Assembly (NCBI GenBank): GCA_016713535.1
Contig: JADJOY010000017.1
Location: 34,436 to 98,435, forward strand
From: Deltaproteobacteria bacterium
Lineage (GTDB): Bacteria; JADJOY01
Length of the DNA stretch: 64,000 nt
Reading direction: 5' to 3'
Below, one piece after another: positions 1-9,263 of the stretch. The notes beneath the pieces are model-generated. The model was not told where the DNA came from and did not search any database. It saw only the letters and a list, made by a program, of their open reading frames with translations. How positions within the stretch are numbered: the stretch's first letter is position 1; every line of letters starts with the position of its first letter. A program made the translations under genes and the position numbers.

Positions 1-159
1 GCAAGCACGCCACGCGGTAGCCGTCCACCACCGCGGGCTCGACCACCAGATCGGCGGCGAAGCGCGCGAACGGGCCGTGGACGGCGTCCTCGCGCGGCAC
101 CACCCGCGCGACCAGCCGTGCGCCGGTGGCGGGGTCGGTGAGCGCCTCCAGGCACTCGA

Positions 160-1224
160 TCACGCGCGCGCGCGCGCTCGTAGTCGGGCGCCGGGGGCGA
201 CCGTCCCCTCGGCGTCGCGCCCGCGCACCTCGGAGCCGCACTCCGGGGGCGTAGTCGACCTCGTCGGCGACCGCGAGCGTGCGCGACCAGTCGATCGCCG
301 CGTAGCGGCCGGCCGACTCGAGGCGCGCCGCGGGGGCTCCGCCCGCGAACCGGAACGCGCGCTCCTGGAGGCGCGCCGGCAGCACGCGCAGGGCGAGCTC
401 GCGGAGCGCGCTCGCGGAGGCGGGACGCGCCGAGGTCGCGTCGCTCCGCCACGCGAGGAGCCCCGCCTCGGCGAGCGCGGCGTTGAGGTGGAGCGCGGTC
501 GTGGAGCTGCCCTGGAAGCCGTGGTCCGACACCACCGCGACCACCGCGTCAGGACCCGCCCGCTCGACGATCCGCCCGAGCCACGCGTCGAGGGAACGGT
601 GGATTCGCAGGATGGCGTCGCCGAGGGCGGAGCACGCGCGGCGTCGAAGCGCGGCGAGCGCGGATCGTGGAAGCGCCAGAAGTGGTGCGAGACCGTGTCG
701 GACTCGCCGAGCACCGCGACCAGCAGCGCGGGCTCGACCTCGCGCGCCAGGTCGAGCACCAGCGACGCCTTCTCGTGGAGGCCGACGAGCAGCCGGGTGA
801 GTGCCTGCTCGTGCCAACCCGGACCGATCGAGAGCTCTTGCACGTCGGCGAACCGGAAGCGCGCGTAGCGCTCGCGGCGCGCGCGCCACTCGCCGCGCGG
901 ATGGACGAAGGAGCGATCGATGCCGGTCGTGACCGGTCCGTCGAAGCCGGACACGAACACGCCCCGGATCGGGTCGGGCGGGTAGGTGCCGGGCACCGCG
1001 ACCACCACCGAGGCGAGCCCCTCGCGATCGAAGCGTCGCCACAGCGTCTCGCCACGGCGATCGCTCGCGGAGAGGAAGCGGATGGCGTGGCGGCCCGGGA
1101 CCGGCTGGGTGAAGTCGGTGATGCCGTGGCGCCCCGGGTTCACCCCGGTGAAGATCGAGGTCCAGGCCGGGAAGGTGGCCGGTGGCGTGGTCGACGCGAG
1201 CGGCCCCCACGCCCCGCGCGCCAT
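160..1224 (-). CDS. AlkP-superfamily type I phosphodiesterase/nucleotide pyrophosphatase (PF01663-like), no signal peptide; 5' end uncertain
   Basis: 354-aa ORF. TFPAWTSIFTGVNPGRHGI matches the PF01663 core motif. The conserved N-terminal motif RLVVVGWDGADPEL lies in-frame upstream of the ATG at 1224, but there is no ATG/GTG/TTG before the upstream gene stop. Only a CTG at 1380 is available, overlapping that stop as CTGA. Confidence 0.75.
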   Translation of the reverse strand: MARGAWGPLASTTPPATFPAWTSIFTGVNPGRHGITDFTQPVPGRHAIRFLSASDRRGETLWRRFDREGLASVVVAVPGTYPPDPIRGVFVSGFDGPVTTGIDRSFVHPRGEWRARRERYARFRFADVQELSIGPGWHEQALTRLLVGLHEKASLVLDLAREVEPALLVAVLGESDTVSHHFWRFHDPRSPRFDAARAPPSATPSCESTVPSTRGSGGSSSGRVLTRWSRWCRTTASRAAPRPRSTSTPRSPRRGSSRGGATRPRRVPPPRARSASSPCACCRRASRSARSGSRAEPPRRASSRPAATRRSTGRARSRSPTRSTTPPECGSEVRGRDAEGTVAPGARLRARARA

Positions 1225-1376
1225 GAGCCGCGCGAGGTTGGGGAGCTCGCCTTCGCGCGCCCAGCGGAACGCGAGCTCCGGGTCCGCGCCGTCCCAGCCG
1301 ACGACGACGAGGCGCGGCTTGCGCCCGTCGCCCTGCTCCGCGCGCCGAGCGCGCGGGCTCGAGCCGAGCGGGTCGC

Positions 1377-4300
1377 TCAGTGGTCTCCCTGCGCGTAGCC
1401 GAGCGACTCGAGGCGCTCCTTCTCGGCCGCGCTCATCTCCTGCTCGTGGCTCGCCTGCGCCGCGCCCTTCTGCGCGTCCTCGAGCTTGGTCGAGAGGAGC
1501 TGGCCGAGGCGCACCGCCGCTGCGGGCGGCTCGCCCGAGCGCAGCAGATCCTTCTGCTCGCCCGGGTCGGCGGCCAGGTCGTAGAACTCGCGCTCGGCGA
1601 GGCCGCGGGGGTTGTCGGGGTTGGCGGTGATCAGCTTCGAGGCGCCGGTGCGCAGCGACTGCAGGATATTCCCCTCGTGGTCGTTGTCGGCGACCGCCAC
1701 GCGGTCACCGTCCTCGGTGCCGAGGTCGATGCCCTGAAACGTGGCCGGCACGGCGATCCGAGCCCACGTGAGCAGCGTCGGCGCGACGTCGATCGTGCGC
1801 ACCACGTGGGTGTCGCGGGGACCGGGTGCGAACGAGGCCCCCGCGGGCGGCTTCACGATCAGCGGCACGTGCAGGGCTTCCTGGTAGAGCGTCTGACCGT
1901 GCCACCAGCCGCCGTGCTCCTGGAACTCCTCGCCGTGGTCGGAGGTGAGGACGATGCCGGTGCTCGAGCTCAGGCCCTTCCGGGTCATGTGGTCGAGGAG
2001 GCGCCCGATCTCGCCATCCATGTAGCGGACCTCGCCCAGGTAGGTCTCGTGGTAGAGCTTGGCCTTCGAGGGATCCGGGTTGTCCTCGCTGACGCGCGCG
2101 TAGGCCACGCCGTTCCACGGGTGGACGAAGAACGGGTCGTGCGGGTCCATGTAGTGGACGACCAGGAAGAAGGGCCCCTTCTCCGCGTTGGCGTCGAGCC
2201 ACCTCGCCGCCTCGTCGGTGACGACGTCGGCGGGCTGGTAGTAGTTGCGGACGTTCTTGCGGTTCGAGAGGTACTTCTCGTTCACCATCCGCAGGATCTG
2301 GTAGATGTTGAGCTCGCTCGAGAGCTCACGCGCGCCGAACAGGAAGTCGGGGGAGAGGTACGTGAAGCTCTCGAAGCCGCGGTCGAAGCCGTACTTGGCG
2401 GCGACGTTGAAGTTGTTCACGAACGCGCCGGTGCGGTAGCCGCTCGCCGCGAGCAGCTCGGCGACGGTCGGGAAGCCCTCGCGCGGCAGCAGGCTGTTCT
2501 TCTCGCGCGCGGTGTGGGTGGTCGGAATCAGGCTCGTGAAGAGCGACGCGAACGACGGGCGCGTCCACGACGCCTGGCTGTTCGACTGCTCGAACACGAT
2601 CCCCGCGTTGGCGATCGAGTCGATGTGCGGCGTGGGGTTGTCGGCCGCGCCGTAGGCGCCGAGGGCGTCGGCGCGCAGGGTGTCGACCACGATCAGCACC
2701 ACGTTCGGCGCTCCCTCGGGAGCAGCGCCGCCCTCGATCTCGCGGGTGATGGCGGGGAAGCCGGGGCGCGGGATCGCGAGCAGCGCGATCCCCGAGACGC
2801 CCACCAGCATCGCCGCGCTCGCCGCCGCGAGCTTCCCGGGGCGCCCCTCGGGATCGCGGCCGAAGAGCCGTCCCAGCAAGGCGCCGATCGCCATGCCGAC
2901 CACCGCGGCGAATGCGACCACGCCGAGCTGGACCACGATGCCCTTCGCCGACATCACCTTGAGCGACTCGTGGAACAGGTCGCGGAACACCCGGAAGCGG
3001 GTGAGCACGGTGCCGAGGGCGAAGATCACCGTGCCGGCGTGAAAGCCCGCGGTGGCGCGCCACTCGCTCACCTGCGCCAGCCACGGCGCGATCGCCGCGA
3101 GGCCGACGCCCGTGCCCGCGCCCATCAGCGCGCCCAGCACGCCATAGGCGAAGATCGCGTAGGGGAAGAGCGCCGGGTCGTGAGTCTCGCCGGACGCGCC
3201 CTGCAGCACGTAGGCGGCCTCGGCGATGCCGACCAGCGCGCCACCGACGATGCCGCCCGCGACCCCGGTGAGGATCAGGCCGAGCGGCGGCGGCGGCGGG
3301 CTCGCCGGCTCGCCGGGAGCGGCGCTGGAGCGGGCCGAGCTGTCGCCGTCCTCGCTCGTGGCACCCCACATCCCGGCCGAGCCCTCCGCGACGTCGGTGA
3401 GCTCGCGTCCGTCGACGCGCACGTACGCCGGCCGGTAGCCGCTGCGCCGCGACCACCACCAGAACACGCCGAACAGGGTCAGCGCCTCGGCGGCCCAGAA
3501 GCCGAGGGCGGCCGAGATGATCGACTGGCTCACGCCGATGTGCTTGGCGAGCAAGAGCGCCTGGACGATCTCGCGGACGCCTTCGCCGGCGATCGTGAAG
3601 GGGCTGATGACCGTGGCGAAGATCTGGATCGACGAGCCGAAGGTGATCGCCCAGAACTGGGCACCCTTGGCCCCCACCGCGAGCGCGGTCAGGTAGTACA
3701 TCGCGGCGGTGGTGAAGTGGACCAGAAAGCTGAGCACCAGCACCGCGACCAGCGTCCCCTTCTTGTCGCGGTACGCCGCCGCCGCGCGGTTCACCCGCGA
3801 GATGAAGCCCTCGATCTTGCCGCGCCCGGGCAGCGGCACGCGGTCGAGGAAGAACTGGATCACCTGGGGATAGAAGAGGATCGCGAGGAACACCGCGATC
3901 GCGCCCACCGCCACCGGCACCGTGACGCCGACCACCATGCCGGCATGGTCGCCGAGGATGTGGTAGCCGAACGGCAGCGCCACCAGGAACGTGAGGAAGA
4001 TGCCGATGACGCCGAACACCTTCTCGATCGCGGTGGCGGCGGTCGCCTCGATGCCGCGCCGCGAGTAGAAGGCCGCGTCCCACAGCTTGTAGCCGTCGAG
4101 GCCGATGGTGGACGGCAGAAAGGTGCCGAGGAAGCGCCCCACCAGGAACGTGCCGAAGGTGTGCCGCCAGAACGGGAACTCGATGCCCTGGCCGAGCAGC
4201 AGGAGCTGCCAGCGGTACATGCTGGCGAGGACGCCCACCATCTTGAGCGCCGCGGCGAGCAGGCAGAACACCACGAACGTGCCGATGGAGATCTGCGGCA

Positions 4301-4688
4301 GGTAGGCGCGGATCGCCTCGAAGGTGGTGATCTTCGCGATCGGCGCGAGTCGCCCGCTGCGCCCGTCGGCGAGCTTGACGGTCGCCCCCTCGGGGAGGCG
4401 CACCGCGGTGGAGTCGATCAGGACCGTGCGCGCGTCGCTCACGGTGCCCGTGCCGTGGCCCAGGTAGGTCAAGGGCTCGCCGCTCGGGACCTCGACCTTG
4501 CCGGCGCCGTGGACGTTGACGGTGACGCGATCCCGCACCGGGATCTGGTGCATGAAGAGCAGGTAGAAGGCCCCGACGGTGACGACCGCCTTGAACGACA
4601 CCGTGATCGTCGAGCGCACACCCGACGGCAGCCACTGCCACGCCGCGCGGATCGCACCCCAGAGAGTTCGTTGAGCTGGCTGCACCAT
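1377..4688 (-). CDS. Polytopic membrane protein: N-terminal flippase-like / LPG-synthase-TM-like multi-TM domain fused to C-terminal sulfatase (PF00884-like) domain
   Basis: 1103-aa ORF. Many hydrophobic helices at residues ~110-640. C-terminal VVDTLRADALGAYG ... LTSDHGEEF sulfatase motifs. High GC3 coding signature. Confidence 0.8.
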   Translation of the reverse strand: MVQPAQRTLWGAIRAAWQWLPSGVRSTITVSFKAVVTVGAFYLLFMHQIPVRDRVTVNVHGAGKVEVPSGEPLTYLGHGTGTVSDARTVLIDSTAVRLPEGATVKLADGRSGRLAPIAKITTFEAIRAYLPQISIGTFVVFCLLAAALKMVGVLASMYRWQLLLLGQGIEFPFWRHTFGTFLVGRFLGTFLPSTIGLDGYKLWDAAFYSRRGIEATAATAIEKVFGVIGIFLTFLVALPFGYHILGDHAGMVVGVTVPVAVGAIAVFLAILFYPQVIQFFLDRVPLPGRGKIEGFISRVNRAAAAYRDKKGTLVAVLVLSFLVHFTTAAMYYLTALAVGAKGAQFWAITFGSSIQIFATVISPFTIAGEGVREIVQALLLAKHIGVSQSIISAALGFWAAEALTLFGVFWWWSRRSGYRPAYVRVDGRELTDVAEGSAGMWGATSEDGDSSARSSAAPGEPASPPPPPLGLILTGVAGGIVGGALVGIAEAAYVLQGASGETHDPALFPYAIFAYGVLGALMGAGTGVGLAAIAPWLAQVSEWRATAGFHAGTVIFALGTVLTRFRVFRDLFHESLKVMSAKGIVVQLGVVAFAAVVGMAIGALLGRLFGRDPEGRPGKLAAASAAMLVGVSGIALLAIPRPGFPAITREIEGGAAPEGAPNVVLIVVDTLRADALGAYGAADNPTPHIDSIANAGIVFEQSNSQASWTRPSFASLFTSLIPTTHTAREKNSLLPREGFPTVAELLAASGYRTGAFVNNFNVAAKYGFDRGFESFTYLSPDFLFGARELSSELNIYQILRMVNEKYLSNRKNVRNYYQPADVVTDEAARWLDANAEKGPFFLVVHYMDPHDPFFVHPWNGVAYARVSEDNPDPSKAKLYHETYLGEVRYMDGEIGRLLDHMTRKGLSSSTGIVLTSDHGEEFQEHGGWWHGQTLYQEALHVPLIVKPPAGASFAPGPRDTHVVRTIDVAPTLLTWARIAVPATFQGIDLGTEDGDRVAVADNDHEGNILQSLRTGASKLITANPDNPRGLAEREFYDLAADPGEQKDLLRSGEPPAAAVRLGQLLSTKLEDAQKGAAQASHEQEMSAAEKERLESLGYAQGDH

Positions 4689-4825
4689 CGGTCGGGGGTC
4701 TCCGGGAACCAGGTGGTGGGTCGAGACGCGGTCGCGTCGTGGGCGCCCGTCCGCCGGGCGGGGTCAGGTCGGGTTCGGACGAGCGCGCGGCGGCGGTGAT
4801 TCGACCGCGGCCGCGCGTACGACGA

Positions 4826-6853
4826 TCACAGGATCGGCTTGCCGTCCATGTTCGCGGGCACCGCCACGCCGAGGCGCTTCAGCGCGGTCGGGCCGATGTC
4901 GACGATGCCGGGGCTCTTCGACTGGATCGGCACGCTGGCGAACACCACGCCCTGGGTGTCCTTGGGGTCGGAGGAGGAGTGGTCGCCGCTCCACTTCTTC
5001 TCGTTGGTGACCACGACCTCCTGGGTCATCCCGCCGAGGATCGACTTCCAGTCGGTGCGATAGCCCTCGACGAAGGCGACCTGCAGGTCGGGCGCCTTGG
5101 CGGCGGCGTCGCCGGTGAACGACTTGTCGCCCCGGAACACACCCGCGACCGCCTTGGTGTTGGTCTTGGGATCGACCAGCGCGCCGAGCTTGGCGGAGAT
5201 CTCGGTGACGAGCTTGTCGTACTCCTCGCCCTTGGCGACGATGCCGTTCTTCTCGCGTCCGGCGAGGTTCACGTAGATCTGCCCGGTGCCGAACGCGTAC
5301 GCCTTGGTTTTCGTCCACTCGGCGTCGAGCAGGAAGTCTCCGTTCGGCATGTCGGCGGGCTTCACGGCGTCGCCGCAGCCCTTGCCCTTCAGGGTGAGGA
5401 AGCAGTTCTGCACCAGCCACGTGTTGAGGTTCACGCCACGGCGGAACGAGTGGAAGCCGTGGTCCGAGATCACGATCAGCGTGTCCTCGGGCTTGAGCAC
5501 GGCTTGCACCTTGCCGACGAACGCGTCCATGCGCCGGTAGGCCTCGCGGATCGCGTTGCCGTAGCGCTTGGCTAGCGCGGCGTCGTACTCCGGGTGGCCG
5601 GTGTCGAGCAGGCGATAGAAGAGGTGCGAGATGCGGTCGGTCGCGGTGAAGGCCGAGATCACCAGATCGAACGGCTGCGCGAGGGCGTCGATGGTCTTCT
5701 GCTCGCGCTCCTCGACGATCGAGTAGACGTCCTGGAGGAAGGTCTCCTCGTCGACGCCGTAGTTGTCGGCGTTGAGCGCGGAGGTGTCCTCGACCCAGCC
5801 GACGGTCTTGAACACGCCCTTCTTGGCGAGCTCGGCGCCGTAGCCGTTGGGAGAGGTGACGGGGATCGGCGGGTTGCGCGGGTCCATGCTCACCGGCGCC
5901 AGGTAGATCCGGACCTCCGGCGCCACCGAGAGGACTCGCGCGCGGGTCACGCCGTGCTCGACCAGCGCGTCGCCGAACGCGAACGACACGTCGTACCAGC
6001 CTGTCCACGCGCCCGCCGCGGCCTCCTGGGCTTGGCCGCCGATCGTGAGACGGACCTTGCCGCCGCCCAGCTTCTCGACCTTCACCGGTACCTTGAGGCG
6101 CGGGCGAGGCTTGGTGGTGGCGCGCGCGTCGACCGGTCCCTCGAGGGTGGACTCGGCGACGTCGTTCTTGAACTCGAGGCGGAACGGCACGCCACCCGAG
6201 ATCGGCTTCGCCGAGTCCGCGGGCTTCACGTCGCTGCCGTAATACGCGTAGCTCGAGTTGGTCATGCGGAGGTCAGGGACGCCGAGCCCCGAGAGCATCC
6301 GGCTCTGCTCGTTGAGCGGGTCGGGCGGGAAGGTGTAGGGCACCGACAGCACCGCCACCGCGAGGCCGGCGTCGGACGCGACCTTCCAGAACGGTGGACC
6401 CTGGCGCGGGTTGGTGGCGCGCGGCGGGGTCGCGAGCTTGCCGTCGGGGGTGAACGTGGGATCGACGTAGTCGTTGGTGCCGACTCCGGGCAGGTAGCTC
6501 GACGGGTCGCGCTTGATGAAGTCGAAGATGCCGTGCTTTCCGGGATTGGTGCCGGTCGCGAAGCTCGCCCACGCCACCGGCGACTGCGGGGGCAGGGTCG
6601 ACTCGAGCGGCGCGAACGCTCCCGACTGCGCGAGGCGCTTCAGGTTCGCGAAGTCTCCGTCCTTGGCCCACTTCTGGTAGAGCTCGGGGTCGACGCCGTC
6701 GAAGCCGAGGATCACCACCCGTCCACCGGGACGCTTGCCGGCGTGGGCCGGCGTGGAACTCACGACGACGGCGACGAGACCCGCCACCGCCACCAGCGCG
6801 GCCGCGGCGGCCACGCGCGATCGCGACGGAAGCGAGGGCGAGCGCAACCTCAT
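4826..6853 (-). CDS. Secreted AlkP-superfamily type I phosphodiesterase/nucleotide pyrophosphatase (PF01663-like) with ~250-aa C-terminal extension
   Basis: The ORF track extends to 7018, but the start is at ATG 6853. It has an AGGAGG RBS and a signal peptide MRLRSPSLPSRSRVAAAAALVAVAGLVAVVVSSTPAHA. Motifs VVILGFDGVDPEL and SFATGTNPGKHGIFDF. Confidence 0.8.
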   Translation of the reverse strand: MRLRSPSLPSRSRVAAAAALVAVAGLVAVVVSSTPAHAGKRPGGRVVILGFDGVDPELYQKWAKDGDFANLKRLAQSGAFAPLESTLPPQSPVAWASFATGTNPGKHGIFDFIKRDPSSYLPGVGTNDYVDPTFTPDGKLATPPRATNPRQGPPFWKVASDAGLAVAVLSVPYTFPPDPLNEQSRMLSGLGVPDLRMTNSSYAYYGSDVKPADSAKPISGGVPFRLEFKNDVAESTLEGPVDARATTKPRPRLKVPVKVEKLGGGKVRLTIGGQAQEAAAGAWTGWYDVSFAFGDALVEHGVTRARVLSVAPEVRIYLAPVSMDPRNPPIPVTSPNGYGAELAKKGVFKTVGWVEDTSALNADNYGVDEETFLQDVYSIVEEREQKTIDALAQPFDLVISAFTATDRISHLFYRLLDTGHPEYDAALAKRYGNAIREAYRRMDAFVGKVQAVLKPEDTLIVISDHGFHSFRRGVNLNTWLVQNCFLTLKGKGCGDAVKPADMPNGDFLLDAEWTKTKAYAFGTGQIYVNLAGREKNGIVAKGEEYDKLVTEISAKLGALVDPKTNTKAVAGVFRGDKSFTGDAAAKAPDLQVAFVEGYRTDWKSILGGMTQEVVVTNEKKWSGDHSSSDPKDTQGVVFASVPIQSKSPGIVDIGPTALKRLGVAVPANMDGKPIL

Positions 6854-7124
6854 GGATCGCCCCTCCTGGGCTCCGGATCCTGAGCGACGAGGCCAGCGCG
6901 GTCGCGGGGCTTCGTCAGATCTCTGGAAAATGGTTGGAAAGATTGCAAAACGTGTGCAAGCGAAGGCGCGCGAGCGTACCACGCGACCTCTCGATGTCAA
7001 CGCGCCGCGGCACGCCACGAGCCGCGCTAGAATGGCGTTTTGGCTTTACATCGTGAGGTCCCCGGGCAATCCTTTTTCTGCAGGACCACTCCCGGTCGTC
7101 CCCTGAAACGAGGTCACCCCGACC

Positions 7125-7826
7125 ATGGCTACAGCGGCACGCAACGTGGATTCGGCGCGCAACGCCAAGGGCGCGCAGCCGATCCGCATCTTCCTCGCCG
7201 ACTCGCAGGACCTGCTCCGGGAGGGGGTCAAGCGGATCCTCGCGCAGCGCGGAGGCTTCGAGGTCGTCGGTGAGGCCGGCGACGGCCAGACCGCGCTCGC
7301 GCAGGTGCTCAAGACCAAGCCCGACGTGGTGCTGATCGACGTCATGATGCCGGTTCTCAACGGCGTCGACGCCGCGCGCGAGATCCTGCGTGAGCTGCCC
7401 AAGACCAAGGTGTTGGCACTCACGATCTACGCGAGCGACGAATACATCCACCAGATCCTCGACGCCGGCGCCATCGGCTACATCCTCAAGGACGCCAAGA
7501 GCGAGGACCTGGTGCGCGCGCTCGAGCTGGTGAGCGACGGGATCCCGTTCTTCTCGCCGGCGATCAGCAAGACCGTGGTGGCCGGCTACCTGAAGCGCCG
7601 CGGCGAGTCGAAGAAGCCCGCACCCTACGATCAGCTCACACCGCGCGAGCGGCAGGTGCTTCAGCTCATCGCGGAGGGGCGGCGTAACCGCGAGATCTCG
7701 AGCCTGCTCCACCTCTCGATCAAGACGGTCGAGGTGCATCGTGCGCACATCATGGAGAAGCTCAAGGCGCGCAGCATCGCGGACCTGGTGCTGATCGCCA
7801 TCGGCAAGGGCATCGTGAAGCTGTAG
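7125..7826 (+). CDS. NarL/FixJ (LuxR-type HTH) family response regulator
   Basis: Receiver motifs (DD...VVLIDVMMP...K) plus C-terminal LuxR HTH (LTPRERQVLQLIAEG...SIKTVEVHR). GAGGT RBS upstream. Confidence 0.9.
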   Translation: MATAARNVDSARNAKGAQPIRIFLADSQDLLREGVKRILAQRGGFEVVGEAGDGQTALAQVLKTKPDVVLIDVMMPVLNGVDAAREILRELPKTKVLALTIYASDEYIHQILDAGAIGYILKDAKSEDLVRALELVSDGIPFFSPAISKTVVAGYLKRRGESKKPAPYDQLTPRERQVLQLIAEGRRNREISSLLHLSIKTVEVHRAHIMEKLKARSIADLVLIAIGKGIVKL

Positions 7827-7857
7827 TTTTTGCGGGGGTATTTTCAATCCCCCCGCG
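7827..7857 (+). terminator. GC hairpin GCGGGGG-N10-CCCCCCGC immediately after the response regulator stop; possible terminator
   Basis: 7-bp G/C stem; the T-run precedes rather than follows the stem, so it is not a classic intrinsic terminator. Confidence 0.3.
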
Positions 7858-8078
7858 CTCGTTTCCTCGGGGTCTTCGTCAAGACCCCGCCCCGGCCGGA
7901 GTGAATCCGGCCGGGGGCCCACCCCGAAGGCCACCGCGAATGCGGGGCGCGCCGCTGGCGCGGGCCGATCGAGTCTCCGGTCGTCGCCAACTTCGTGAAG
8001 CCGCGCGGGTCCCACCCCCGAGGCACTCGCTTCGCTCGTGCAGTCCCGCCGAGGCTGGGAATTTTCCACCGGGGTCGT

Positions 8079-8175
8079 TCACGGGAAGCCGCGTGGGCGC
8101 GGCGACGGGGATGGAACCCCGTCGCTACGAAGGGCTCTCTCGTAGCGCGGGGCGGGGATCCGTCCCCCCCGAGGC
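8079..8175. repeat. REP-like two-hairpin intergenic repeat, copy 1
   Basis: GGAAGCCGCGTG...GGCGACGGGG-ATGGAA-CCCCGTCGC-TACG...GCGGGGCGGGGATCCGTCCCCCCC; lies between convergent genes. Confidence 0.6.
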
Positions 8176-8308
8176 GCCTGCGTCGCGAGGCTCCCGATTC
8201 CTGTGTTTCCGCACCCGGTATGGAGGGCCCGCCTCCGGCGGGCCGCGATGCTTCGCGGCCGTGACGGCTTCAGGTCCGCGGCGCGCGACCGGCAGGGATC
8301 TTCACAAC

Positions 8309-8376
8309 GCGCCATTGAAAAGCATCACAAACCGCCATTCAAAATCATCACTTCACGCCAGTGAAAATGGTTGCAA
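8309..8376. repeat. AT-rich triple direct repeat (CGCCAtTgAAAAgCATCAC at about 22-nt period) in the convergent region 3' of dapB
   Basis: cgccattgaaaagcatcacaaac / cgccattcaaaatcatcacttca / cgccagtgaaaatggttgcaaca; local GC content is far below the surrounding ~70%. Confidence 0.5.
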
Positions 8377-8445
8377 CACGCTTTCAGATCATCGCGACAA
8401 TGCAATGAAACCGGGCCGATATGGCCCTTCCTGGCCCCGCGAAGC

Positions 8446-9252
8446 TCAGCGCTTGAGGCCCAACACGTCGGCCATGTCGTAGAGGCCGGCGCCCTGAGCC
8501 CACAGCCACCGCGCGGCCCGCACCGCGCCGCCCGCGAAGACTGCGCGGTCGCTGGCACGGTGGACGATCTCGATCGCCTCGCCGATTCCGCCGAAGAGCA
8601 CGTGGTGCTCGCCCACGTTGTCGCCGGCGCGCACCGCGTGCACGCCGATCTCGCGGCGGGTGCGCTCGCCCACCATCCCGTTGCGCCCGTGCACGGCGTC
8701 GCCCTGCGCGTCGCGCCCGAGAGCGGCCGCGACCACCTCGAGGAGCTTCGCCGCGGTGCCGCTCGGCGAGTCCTTCTTGAGGCGGTGGTGGGTCTCGATG
8801 ATCTCGACGTCGTAGTCGTCGCCGAGGACGCGGGCCGCCTCGGCGGCCAGCGCGAACATCAGGTTCACGCCCACGCTCATGTTGGGCGAGAGCACGATCG
8901 GGATCTGGCGAGCGGCGTCCGCCACCGCGGCGCGCTGCTCGGCGGAGAGGCCGGTGGTGCCGATCACCATCGGTGCGCCCCGGCGAGCGCACACCTCGAG
9001 GTGGCCCATCGTGGCCGACGGCGCGGTGAAGTCGACGACCACCGCGCGAGTCGAGAGCAGCGCGTCGAGCTCGTCGCCGATGTGCACGCCGCCGTTCGAC
9101 GAGCCCGCGCCGAGCGCCGCGTCGGTGCCGAGCGCCGGGTGACCGGGCCGCTCGGTGGCGCCCGCCAGGGTGGTGGCCGGGTCGGCGGCCACCGCGCGGA
9201 CCAGCGTGCGGCCCATGCGACCGGCCGCACCGGTGACGATCACCGGGATCAT
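8446..9252 (-). CDS. dapB: 4-hydroxy-tetrahydrodipicolinate reductase
   Basis: MIPVIVTGAAGRMGR N-terminus and DapB core; true ATG at 9252, while the ORF track starts further upstream, overlapping dapA. Confidence 0.9.
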   Translation of the reverse strand: MIPVIVTGAAGRMGRTLVRAVAADPATTLAGATERPGHPALGTDAALGAGSSNGGVHIGDELDALLSTRAVVVDFTAPSATMGHLEVCARRGAPMVIGTTGLSAEQRAAVADAARQIPIVLSPNMSVGVNLMFALAAEAARVLGDDYDVEIIETHHRLKKDSPSGTAAKLLEVVAAALGRDAQGDAVHGRNGMVGERTRREIGVHAVRAGDNVGEHHVLFGGIGEAIEIVHRASDRAVFAGGAVRAARWLWAQGAGLYDMADVLGLKR

Positions 9253-9263
9253 GGCCGCTCCGT

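Noticed and set aside
1380-4799. 1139-aa plus-strand ORF (also 2326-4641 minus, 77-868 plus, 5594-6883 plus, 46856-48292 minus, 37483-41127 plus and many similar)
   Set aside because: These are antisense or out-of-frame relative to genes with strong motif support. Their proteins are Arg/Ala/Gly/Asp-rich and low-complexity, as expected for alternative frames of ~70% GC coding DNA. They are reading-frame artefacts.
6900-7000. AT-rich patch tggaaaatggttggaaagattgcaaaacgtgtgcaagcg in the divergent region between the phosphodiesterase operon and the response regulator gene
   Set aside because: It contains TTGC elements, but none has a GG dinucleotide at the correct -24 spacing on either strand. 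It is probably an ordinary sigma-70-type or regulator-binding promoter region. No specific call could be supported.
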